Source of the DNA: Planctomycetota bacterium
Lineage (GTDB): Bacteria > Planctomycetota > UBA11346
Reading direction: 5' to 3'
Length of the DNA stretch: 16,441 nucleotides
NCBI GenBank assembly: GCA_038231435.1
Contig: JBBRLJ010000068.1
Location: 1-16,441, forward strand
The notes under the pieces are model-generated. The model was not told where the DNA came from. It was given only the letters and a program-made list of their open reading frames with translations, and did not search any database. Below are positions 8,583 to 16,329 of the stretch, in pieces (positions within the stretch are counted from its first letter, which is position 1; every line of letters begins with the position of its first letter). A program made the position numbers and the translations under genes.

Positions 8583-9674
8583 CTAGCTCGTCGCCCGCGC
8601 GCAGGATCCGCGCGCGACGACCTCGACCGCGACGCTGCGGTGCTCGACCGCGCATGACGGATCGGCGATCAGTCTTTCCAACAGCTCGAAAGCGCTGCGG
8701 CCCATTTCGTCGAACGGCTGGCGCACGGTGGTCAGCGCAGGGCTGAGCACCTGAGCGAGCGGATCGTCGTCGAAGCCCACCACGCTGAGGTCGGCCGGGA
8801 TGCGTCGGCCCACGGCGGAGGCGGCGCGATAGACCGAGCGCGCGACCGCATCGCAACTCGCGAAGATCGCGGTCGGGGGCTGGGCGCGCCCGAGCAGCTC
8901 GGCGGTCTTGGGCTCGACCAGGTGCGACCAGTCTCCGAGACGATCGTCGGGGTTGATCTCGGCGACCAGCGAACGGTCGAAGGGCAGGCCAGCATCGGCG
9001 ATGGCATCGCGCAGACCCGACAGGCGCTGCATGACCGTATCCGCGACCAGATATCCGATGAAGGCGATGCGACGGTGGCCCGCATCGAGCAGGAGGCGTC
9101 CGAGACGGTAGCCGCCGTCATAATTGTCCGCCGTCACCGATGGCACCTCGAGATCGCGCAGCCGTTGATCGACCATGACGAAAGGGAAGCGGCGGCGGTG
9201 GAGATCGTACAGCGTCTCGACGAACGCCTGCGCGTGCAGCGAGATGATGATGGCGCCGGAAACTTGGCTGTCGGGAAGCCGGCGAAGCTGTTCGATCACC
9301 AGCTCCATGCTGCCGTGCGCGTCGTAGATCTGCACCTGGACGCCGCCGCGGCGCGCGGCTTCCTGGACGCCGCGGCACGCTTTCAGACATGGCTCCCAGG
9401 CGAGGTTGCCGGCAACCACCTGGATGACCCCAGCACGCGCACCCTGGACCGAGCGCACGAACAGCCCCTTGCCCGGCCGGCGCTCGAGCAACCCTTCCTC
9501 GACCAGCAGCTGGCTGGCTTTGCGAACGGTCACGCGGCTGACGTTCTGCTCGCGCGACAGCTCGTGCTCGGAACCGAACAGGGTACCTACCGCGTACGGT
9601 CCATCCTTCAGCAGCTTGCGCAGCTTGTCGGCCAGCGCCTGATAGCGGAAGCCCGTGTTAATACCGGTAGCCAT
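8583..9674 (-). CDS. GntR-family wHTH fused to a LacI-type sugar-binding domain (AraR-like), 363 aa
   Basis: SEHELSREQNVSRVTVRKA..LVEEGLLERRPGKGLFV (GntR HTH); VTADNYDGG, GHRRIAFI, PTAIFASCD, IPADLSVVGFDD, PALTTVRQP (LacI-type effector domain). ATG 9674 chosen by domain boundary. Confidence 0.92.
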   Translation of the reverse strand: MATGINTGFRYQALADKLRKLLKDGPYAVGTLFGSEHELSREQNVSRVTVRKASQLLVEEGLLERRPGKGLFVRSVQGARAGVIQVVAGNLAWEPCLKACRGVQEAARRGGVQVQIYDAHGSMELVIEQLRRLPDSQVSGAIIISLHAQAFVETLYDLHRRRFPFVMVDQRLRDLEVPSVTADNYDGGYRLGRLLLDAGHRRIAFIGYLVADTVMQRLSGLRDAIADAGLPFDRSLVAEINPDDRLGDWSHLVEPKTAELLGRAQPPTAIFASCDAVARSVYRAASAVGRRIPADLSVVGFDDDPLAQVLSPALTTVRQPFDEMGRSAFELLERLIADPSCAVEHRSVAVEVVARGSCARATS

Positions 9675-9683
9675 ACCAGATGT
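9660..9683 (-). promoter_or_regulatory. Candidate operator, copy 2 (ACATCTGGTATGGCTACCGGTATT), overlapping the regulator's start codon
   Basis: CTGGTAT and CCGGTAT direct repeats with a 12-nt period; 18/24 identical to 8305-8328. Confidence 0.42.
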
Positions 9684-9694
9684 TCGCGCATTCG

Positions 9695-9707
9695 TGACTC
9701 GAGTCAA
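9695..9707 (-). promoter_or_regulatory. Perfect 12-bp palindrome overlapping a candidate -35 of the GntR/LacI gene
   Basis: TGACTCGAGTCA at 9695-9706; minus-strand TTGACT at 9707-9702. The -10 match is weak (GAACAT). Confidence 0.33.
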
Positions 9708-9787
9708 GCCGCACAAGTGCAGATTTCATAGGCATTTAGAGGCATACCCTGATCGAGACCCTGCGTGGATCTCGCAATGCCCCTGCC

Positions 9788-11896
9788 TCAGCGCGAGATC
9801 CGTCGCACCACGATGTCCGAGAACACCACGCTGGCGTGGTGCGCGAACAGCGCCAAGGAATCGCCGCGCGCCCACTCCGGAACGCCGACGATCATCGTGC
9901 GGCCTCCGGCGATGCACACGTCGAGGCAGTCGCCGTGGACGATGATCTCCATGGTGAATGGCCGGTCGAGCCCAGTGACGCCATGGATCGCTTCGCGCTC
10001 GCACTCGTCGATGGTGTTCGCGTTGGCGCGACGCCATCCCACTTTTCCACGTGCCGGTTCGATGCGCAGTTCGTAGCCATCCGCGTAGGCGCCGGTGGCG
10101 CGCACGCAGATGCCGAACGCCCCGGCATGGATCCCGGGGTCGATGACCATGGTGATGCGCACGTCGCCGACGATCCCGCTCGCGGCCACCGCGATGAAAC
10201 CATCGGGGGCAGCGAGACGCCATGCGCCATCGCCCGGCGACAGCGCTCCCCTACCGGTGGCCGTCCACGCCAAGTCGATCGGATCGCCCGTGGTGGGCCT
10301 CATCTCGACGGGGAAGGCGGTGCCCAGGGTGCCGTCCTGGTGCTGGATGATCTCGCGGAAGACCACCTCGCCGCCATAGCCGCCGCGGCCGAGGAACGCT
10401 ACGCCGATGCGGCGGCCGCCGGTGAACGCCGCGGTCTTGAGCACGATCAGGCGCGGGCCGTCGAAGGCGTCTTGAGCGGGGCGGATCCACGGGCCGAGCG
10501 GATCGCGCGACATGCGGTACCGGGCGATGCCGTTGTTGCTGAAGACCAGGTAGTTCCAGCCGTTCCAGGAGAAGTGGTCCGGGCATTCAGGCTGATCGGT
10601 GTAGCCGGGCACGATGAACGGGCCGCGTTGCTCCCAATGCTCCAGATCCTGCGACACCAGGTGCGCGAGGCAGCCACCATGATTCACGATCGGCGATTCA
10701 GCGAGTTCGCTGGTCACCAGCATGTGGAAGAGCCGCGTGTGCTCGTCGTGGAACACCACCGGATCGCGAGCTGGCCCCGGACGGTACGGCAGCTCGAGGT
10801 ATCCCAGTGTCGATTGCTTGGTGAAATGGATGCCGTCCATGCTGGTGGACACCTGCAGCGGTGCCGGCGATCCGTCGTTGGTGCGCGTGGCGTAGAATGC
10901 CCGGAAGACGCCGTCCCAATGGAAGACCGCGCCGGTACAGATGGAGCCTTCCCACTCGGCCGTTATCGGGATCGCCATCGGGTGATGTTGCCAATGCGCG
11001 AGGTCGACCGTGGACACGTGCGCCCACTGGTGCGCGCCGCGTCCGTATTTGCTGGCGTGGCCGTGGCGGTCGAAGAGGTAGAAGAGATGGAAGCGGCCCT
11101 CGTGGAAGAACGGCATGCAGTCGCCGACCCCGGTATGGTGCCCCGATGGGGACCAGTACTGCGAGAACGGGCGCTCTTCGCCGAGGATCTCCCGCGCACG
11201 CAGCCCCACGCGCGCGGCGCCCCCGCCGAACGCGACGATGTCCTGGTCGCTCAGCGCCGATCCCCACGTCTCGCAACGCGCGATCGTGCCGCGGAATCCT
11301 GCCGCCTCGGTGTCTGAAGGATCATGCCCGATCCACAGGGTGGCTCGCGGTGGAACATCTCCAGCCGGCCACTCCTCGTCGAGAACCACGCCATCGATGA
11401 ACAGCTCGAGGTTGTGTCCGGAATAGCGAACGACGATGTCGCGCCAACCCGCGCGCCCGATCATGTCCATGGGTGCCGTGACCACGAGCGCCCGCGGCGG
11501 AGACGCGAAATCAGTGGTCAACTCGCAGCGGATGGCGTGGACGCCCTCCCTGGTGCCGGCCGACAGTCGCACGGCGAGCGGCCCGCCCTCTGGCCCCAGG
11601 CAGAGGATGACGCCCTCCCAGCGAGCGGCCGGATCGCACGCGCGCACGCGCAGACTCCACGGCTTTCCCAGAATGACGTCGCTCGCGACACCGTGGCCTG
11701 CGTGCAGCGCGAGCGCCATACCGTCTCCACCCGGCACGCTGGCTTCCGCATCGGACAGCTGGTGAAGGCGCGCGTCGCCACGCAGCGCCAAGGGACCTGA
11801 TGCCATGGACCAATCCGGGGCGGCAGACGAAGGTGACATTGCCTCCGATGTCGCTGACGATGTTGCTGGCATGAATGCAGGAACCGGGACGGTCAT
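9788..11896 (-). CDS. Glycoside hydrolase family 32-like (GH-J) enzyme with N-terminal LamG/ConA-like domain, 702 aa
   Basis: Catalytic motifs GDCMPFFHEGRFHLFY, ARDPVVF and QPECPD; also QWAHVSTVDLAHW and a C-terminal beta-sandwich. LamG-like segment WRDIVVRYSG..LELFIDGV..FRGTI..WGSALSDQDI. GGAG lies 6 nt before ATG 11896. No evident signal peptide. Confidence 0.85.
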   Translation of the reverse strand: MTVPVPAFMPATSSATSEAMSPSSAAPDWSMASGPLALRGDARLHQLSDAEASVPGGDGMALALHAGHGVASDVILGKPWSLRVRACDPAARWEGVILCLGPEGGPLAVRLSAGTREGVHAIRCELTTDFASPPRALVVTAPMDMIGRAGWRDIVVRYSGHNLELFIDGVVLDEEWPAGDVPPRATLWIGHDPSDTEAAGFRGTIARCETWGSALSDQDIVAFGGGAARVGLRAREILGEERPFSQYWSPSGHHTGVGDCMPFFHEGRFHLFYLFDRHGHASKYGRGAHQWAHVSTVDLAHWQHHPMAIPITAEWEGSICTGAVFHWDGVFRAFYATRTNDGSPAPLQVSTSMDGIHFTKQSTLGYLELPYRPGPARDPVVFHDEHTRLFHMLVTSELAESPIVNHGGCLAHLVSQDLEHWEQRGPFIVPGYTDQPECPDHFSWNGWNYLVFSNNGIARYRMSRDPLGPWIRPAQDAFDGPRLIVLKTAAFTGGRRIGVAFLGRGGYGGEVVFREIIQHQDGTLGTAFPVEMRPTTGDPIDLAWTATGRGALSPGDGAWRLAAPDGFIAVAASGIVGDVRITMVIDPGIHAGAFGICVRATGAYADGYELRIEPARGKVGWRRANANTIDECEREAIHGVTGLDRPFTMEIIVHGDCLDVCIAGGRTMIVGVPEWARGDSLALFAHHASVVFSDIVVRRISR

Positions 11897-11984
11897 GGTG
11901 CACTCCAGGGGCTGGGCGGACACCGCATCATTCCCGGAGTCCCGCGCCGAAGCCATGGCCGCACCCGAGCGCTGCATGTCCCGA

Positions 11985-11999
11985 TGTGATCTGACCACA
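11985..11999. promoter_or_regulatory. Imperfect palindrome resembling a FadR-type GntR operator
   Basis: TGTGATC-T-GACCACA, one mismatch from a perfect dyad. The core resembles TGGTCnGACCA and lies ~90 nt upstream of the GH32 start. Confidence 0.35.
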
Positions 12000-12038
12000 G
12001 CTGCCCTCAGGACAGCCGCCAGCCCCGACCCGATCTTG

Positions 12039-12254
12039 CTAGCCTTGCTGCTTCTTCCGGTAGGCCCGCGTGGTCAGCGGAGCCGAATCGGCTTCAGCGA
12101 GATCGGTTGCGCCGCACTTCGGGCAAGCGAGCGTGGATTTTCCGAGACCGAACATGCGCGCGATGAACGAGCGCGGCGGCTGGTCCAGCTTCTCCTGCAC
12201 GAAGGAGGCGTGGCACTTCTTGCAGACATAGGTCACCTGGACTGGCTGATTCAC
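12039..12254 (-). CDS. Small zinc-ribbon protein (FmdB-like CxxC...CxxC), 71 aa
   Basis: TYVCKKC..F and ACPKCGA motifs; strong GGAGG RBS upstream of GTG 12254; GC-ending codons. Confidence 0.72.
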   Translation of the reverse strand: MNQPVQVTYVCKKCHASFVQEKLDQPPRSFIARMFGLGKSTLACPKCGATDLAEADSAPLTTRAYRKKQQG

Positions 12255-12378
12255 CGCGACGTCCTCCCCTTTCCAGGATGTGCGACGGCGGCCCTAAAAC
12301 CACCGCGATCTGGCCGCGCCTGGCCCCGGCCGTGATCCGCTCGGGTGTCGTGATCCACCTGGGGCGAAAGGATTGCGT

Positions 12379-15141
12379 TCAGTGCGCGGCCTTGCCCACC
12401 AGCCGCAGCCTGAGCGCGGCCAGCTCGCCAGCCGGCCGCACCGAGATGCGCACGCCCTTCGGGGCGTCCACGCCCACCTCGAGCACCTCGCCGTGGCGCC
12501 GCCACGACACCGCGATCGGGCCGCGCGCGTGGGGCACGACGCCACTCGCCCAGCGCAGGCTCGAGGCCTGTGGCGCCACCACCATGCGCTCGATCGATCC
12601 CGGCCGCTCCTGGCGCACGCCGAGCACGCGCTCCGAGAAATAGTGCAGCGGCGTCGCGCTCCACGCGTGGCAGCGACTGGCATGATCAGTGAAGTTCTCC
12701 CACATCGTCCAGGCCCCGGAGGCGCTCATCAGGCCGTAATTGCGCCGCACGGCGCGCTCCGCCGCGGCTTCGCGGCCGTGCGCGTACAGGCCGCCGAGCA
12801 GGAAGTGGAAGAAGTACGGACCCAACTTCACCGGCCCCTGCTTGGGGTTGTCCTCGATCACCGCTTCGATGTGGCCGATGACGGCGTCGACATGCCCATT
12901 GGGCACCAGATCGAAATAGAGGGCGAGGGTATTCGCGTGGATGGCCGGCCCCGCGAGCAACTGGCCGCCCGCGCGGGTCGCAGCGAAACGTCGGTCGGAT
13001 GCGACCCACAATCCCTTCACGAGCTTCGCGCGCGCCAGCTTGGCGCGCTTGGCATAGGACGAAGCCTCGCCGCGCTTGCCGATGACGCCAGCGAGCACGG
13101 CGGCGCATTCCAGGGCGCGGCACCAGTACATGTTCAGGGTCGCGCACTCGCCCTTCTTCGACTCGGCGTTCTCGCCCCAGTCGATGAAGCAGTGCATGGC
13201 GTCCGCGTTGATCAGGCCGGACTCGGCGAAGACCCAGGACGGGCTGGCGAACAACGGCTCGAGCGCGCGCCACAGCTCCTTCACCAGCTTGGCGTCCCCG
13301 GTGGCAGACCAGTAGTCGTGGAGCAGGATCACCCAGATCAGCGAATAGTCCTCGAGCACGGTGTCGTGCCACGACGGCACCACGTCCTGGAATTGCCCAT
13401 TCGGCAGCTGCGCCGCCGCCCATAGCCATAGGCACCGTCTGACCATCGCCGCGTCGGAGGTCACCGCTCGGGTGACGTGGTATTCGACCAGCGCATCGCC
13501 GAGGTACAGACCGCGTTCGCGCCATGGGCAGTCGAGGTACGCATCCTCCATGCACGCACGCAGGGTCGCGACGCCGGCTCCCCACACCCAGTCGAAGAGC
13601 GGATCGGAGCTGGCGAAGCGGCCCTCGACGCGCAGCGGGTAGGTGGTGTCGCGGACGGCGACGCGGGCCAGGGTCACCGCGCTGGTCGCGCCGCGCACCG
13701 TGACCTGCAGATAGCGGCCACCGCGCGCGTGGTAGCCCTCGAAGCGCTCGGGCGAGCCGCTGCGGGAACCGGCAGCGATGAAGCGTTCCGCCTCGCTGAC
13801 CATCCAATGGGTCTGGAACAGCGCGAGCATGCCGTCCTCGCGCAGCCGTTCCGAATAGGCGATGTCGACGATGGTCCCGGCCGGGGCCGCGAGCTCGACG
13901 ACGGCATGCCCGAGGTATTCGCCGCCGAGATCGAACACCGCGGTCGCATCGCGTCCGCCAGCGGTAGGCAGCACCAGATCCTGGACGACGTTCGCGTCGT
14001 GCGCCGCCGCCTCGGCAGGGCGATCCCACGCCATCGCGCGGGCGGGCACATCGAGCACCGCGCCGCGCGCGACCTCGCGCCACGCCATCGGCAGGCGCGG
14101 CAGCTCGGCGATCGATGTGGGAACGCGGCCGCCGCGCAGCCCCGCGAGTTCTGCCTCGGGCAGTGAATCGCCGTGCAGCATGGTGGCGCGCGCCTCAAGC
14201 GACGGTTCCGCCGCCGCGGTCAAGCCCTTGCCCCGCGGCAGGCCGATCACCACCAGCCAGCCCGAGGTCATGACCTCGGGCTCGCCGTAGAGGAAGTTCC
14301 AACCAGCGCGCAGCCGCACGACGATGTCCTGGCGGTTGCCGAGGCTCTGGCTGGTCGTCGGATGGAGCTCGTGACCGTTGAGGAAATGCGGTCCCCAGAA
14401 CAAGCCGAGCGTGACCTCCTGATCGTGCGGCGAATGCACGTGCATCGCGTATGGCGTGCGCCGTCGCGCGCCATGGCTCGAGGCCGCGCCGTCCTCGCGG
14501 TAGCCGATGCGCTCCTCGTCGTCGCGCAGCGGCGCCACCAGCAGCACCCGCGCCGGCACGCGCTCATCGAGCGACAACGCGGGGATCGAGCGCGGACGCA
14601 TGCGCCCCCAGGCGTCCTGGCGCGCGAGCACCGTGACCTTCGGCCAGGCGCGGTCGTCAGCGGCGCGGTCGAGCCAGCCGCGCGGCAGTTTCGCCACGTC
14701 GAGCATTTCGATCGGTCCCTGCGCGAAGCTGAACACCGGCGCCTGCTCGTCCCAGGCGGTCGCGCGCACGGCCTTCCAATCGCCAGGAGTGGACAGGTCG
14801 ATGGCACCCGCCTTGCCCCAGGCGATGAAGCCACCGCTCGAGGGCAGGGAATCGAAGGAGCTCGCGCCCTTGTGGTTAGCTTCGACGGTGACCACGTTCC
14901 AGCCCTTCACCAGGAGCGGCGCGAGGTCGACGCTGTCGTGTTCGGGCGCGGTGGGCGTGAAGCGCGCCGGGCCATACGACGCGACCTCGCCGTTCACGCG
15001 CAGGCGATAGCGGGTGTCTGCGAACAGGTGCAGGACCGCCGCGCGCGGCACCGACGCCAGCTTGAAGCGCTTGCGGAATAGCGCGAATACGTTGCGCCCG
15101 GTGCCGTGATCATCGGTCCAGACGAAGACAGGTCGGGGCAT
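12379..15141 (-). CDS. Alpha-L-rhamnosidase family GH78, 920 aa
   Basis: ADTRYRLRVNG..GP N-domain, VFDLGGE, IAYSE, DCPWRERGLYLGDA, FIDW, TMWENF..SRCHAWSATP, G.VPHARGPIAVSW. AAGGA RBS before ATG 15141. No signal peptide. Confidence 0.9.
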   Translation of the reverse strand: MPRPVFVWTDDHGTGRNVFALFRKRFKLASVPRAAVLHLFADTRYRLRVNGEVASYGPARFTPTAPEHDSVDLAPLLVKGWNVVTVEANHKGASSFDSLPSSGGFIAWGKAGAIDLSTPGDWKAVRATAWDEQAPVFSFAQGPIEMLDVAKLPRGWLDRAADDRAWPKVTVLARQDAWGRMRPRSIPALSLDERVPARVLLVAPLRDDEERIGYREDGAASSHGARRRTPYAMHVHSPHDQEVTLGLFWGPHFLNGHELHPTTSQSLGNRQDIVVRLRAGWNFLYGEPEVMTSGWLVVIGLPRGKGLTAAAEPSLEARATMLHGDSLPEAELAGLRGGRVPTSIAELPRLPMAWREVARGAVLDVPARAMAWDRPAEAAAHDANVVQDLVLPTAGGRDATAVFDLGGEYLGHAVVELAAPAGTIVDIAYSERLREDGMLALFQTHWMVSEAERFIAAGSRSGSPERFEGYHARGGRYLQVTVRGATSAVTLARVAVRDTTYPLRVEGRFASSDPLFDWVWGAGVATLRACMEDAYLDCPWRERGLYLGDALVEYHVTRAVTSDAAMVRRCLWLWAAAQLPNGQFQDVVPSWHDTVLEDYSLIWVILLHDYWSATGDAKLVKELWRALEPLFASPSWVFAESGLINADAMHCFIDWGENAESKKGECATLNMYWCRALECAAVLAGVIGKRGEASSYAKRAKLARAKLVKGLWVASDRRFAATRAGGQLLAGPAIHANTLALYFDLVPNGHVDAVIGHIEAVIEDNPKQGPVKLGPYFFHFLLGGLYAHGREAAAERAVRRNYGLMSASGAWTMWENFTDHASRCHAWSATPLHYFSERVLGVRQERPGSIERMVVAPQASSLRWASGVVPHARGPIAVSWRRHGEVLEVGVDAPKGVRISVRPAGELAALRLRLVGKAAH

Positions 15142-15209
15142 CGCTGGATTCCTTGTAGCGGACGGGGACCGAAGGATCCGAGTGGCCAACGGAATTCAAT
15201 ATATCCACG

Positions 15210-15306
15210 CGTGCGGCGTGCGGCGAGGACAGCAGACAGCCGGAAAACGATCGTTCCGACGCAGGACGTGCCTCCGGCTGTCTCGCCGCACCCCGCACGC
15301 CGCACG
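15210..15306. repeat. Nested inverted-repeat element (~97 nt)
   Basis: 14-bp perfect IR 15210-15223/15293-15306, 11-bp perfect IR 15234-15244/15273-15283, and central palindrome AACGATCGTT at 15246-15255. Confidence 0.72.
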
Positions 15307-15391
15307 TTCCCGGGTGCTTTGCACATCGGCCGATGTTGGTAAGGATGGTCTGCGCCGGACGTCACCATCTACGCCCACCGAGGAATCAGCC

Positions 15392-15829
15392 ATGCACCGC
15401 CCCCTGCTCGCCACCGCCCTGCTCGTCCTATGCGGCGCTCCAGCCGTCTTCGCCGAGGCCGGGCAACCAGCTCCCGCTCCCCGGCCGCAGCCGATGTCGA
15501 TCCCGATCACGCCCGGCAAGTCGATCATGACCATCAGGCTGGTGAACCTCGATGCCGCCGGCGCGATGACGCCCGACAGCCAGAAGGCGGTGGATGATCT
15601 GTGCGCCGACGGCTGGCGCGCGGGCAGCCTCACCTCGGTCTCGGCGCCGGGCGCGTCTCCGGTGGTTTTGGCGGTGATGTTCACCCATCCCGCCCCTCCC
15701 GCCGGTGGCCCGGGCGCGCCGCCGCATCTCGGACCGGCGGTGCCCCCGTCGCCGCAAGCCGCCCCGGCCCCCGCGCCCGGTCCGGCCGCGAACCCGGCGC
15801 CCGCCCAAGAGCGTAAGCCCGGCCTCTAG
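15392..15829 (+). CDS. Secreted Pro/Ala-rich hypothetical protein, 145 aa
   Basis: GAGGA RBS; signal peptide MHRPLLATALLVLCGAPAVFA; a ~55-aa globular core flanked by Pro-rich tails. Confidence 0.72.
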   Translation: MHRPLLATALLVLCGAPAVFAEAGQPAPAPRPQPMSIPITPGKSIMTIRLVNLDAAGAMTPDSQKAVDDLCADGWRAGSLTSVSAPGASPVVLAVMFTHPAPPAGGPGAPPHLGPAVPPSPQAAPAPAPGPAANPAPAQERKPGL

Positions 15830-15917
15830 AGCGCTTTCCACCGGGCGTGACAGCCACCGTGTCCAGCCTTGGCGGCGTGTCCGTGGCCTCCCGAGTGCGC
15901 CCGGGAATGGTATCGGC

Positions 15918-16199
15918 ATGGACTCAGCGGCATACCTGGTCGAGGTGACGACGGTGCAGGGCGGGAAGGTCTTCTTCGGCCCCTACCCGAGCGAGGAGAC
16001 GGCGCGCTCGGTGGTGGCGGAATTCCGTCCCCGCATCGGCAGCGACGAGATGGTGTTCTCGAACACCGTCACCAACGATGGCCGGCCGACCGGGATGTGG
16101 TCGATGGCGGGCCGTGGCATCGCGGGAGTCCAGGTGGTGCGCGCGTCCTCCGCGCCGCGTCCGTCCGGACGCCTCCATCACACCCGCTGGTCCCACTGA
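15918..16199 (+). CDS. Hypothetical protein, 93 aa
   Basis: GC-ending codon bias starts at ATG 15918; alternating beta/alpha pattern with FGPYPSEETA. RBS is weak. Confidence 0.55.
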   Translation: MDSAAYLVEVTTVQGGKVFFGPYPSEETARSVVAEFRPRIGSDEMVFSNTVTNDGRPTGMWSMAGRGIAGVQVVRASSAPRPSGRLHHTRWSH

Positions 16200-16206
16200 C
16201 TGTTTG

Positions 16207-16306
16207 TGCGGGGGCTCCGCCCCCGGGCCCCCACGGCCTTTGTCGTCCTTCTTTTTTTGCGGGAGCTTCGCCCCCGGACCCCCGCGCGCCTTTGTCGTCT
16301 TTTTTT
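16207..16306. repeat. Two tandem ~50-nt REP-like units
   Basis: Units start at 16207 and 16258 (period 51). Shared pattern TGCGGGRGCTYCGCCCCCGGRCCCCC..GCCTTTGTCGTC followed by a T tract. Hairpin CGGGGGC-tcc-GCCCCCG in unit 1. Confidence 0.78.
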
Positions 16307-16329
16307 CTGGCCGCCGGGCGGCCAGAAAA
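16303..16329. terminator. Perfect hairpin with T/A-tract flanks, possible intrinsic terminator (U tract follows on neither strand directly; see finding)
   Basis: TTTTCTGGCCGCC-g-GGCGGCCAGAAAA: 13-bp arms, downstream of the two plus-strand genes. Confidence 0.4.

Noticed and set aside
8448..8657. 69-aa plus-strand ORF downstream of TATAAT
   Set aside because: No RBS or motif, and it overlaps the GntR gene antisense.
11897..11998. N-terminal extension of GH32 to 11998 (likewise GH78 to 15189, GntR to 9716, mscL to 5631)
   Set aside because: Downstream ATGs have a better RBS or domain boundary, and some extensions cover promoter-like DNA.
11985..11999. CRP site
   Set aside because: Spacing is one base short of TGTGA-N6-TCACA.
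16207..16306. CRISPR array
   Set aside because: Only two diverged units, no unique spacers, and no cas genes in the window.
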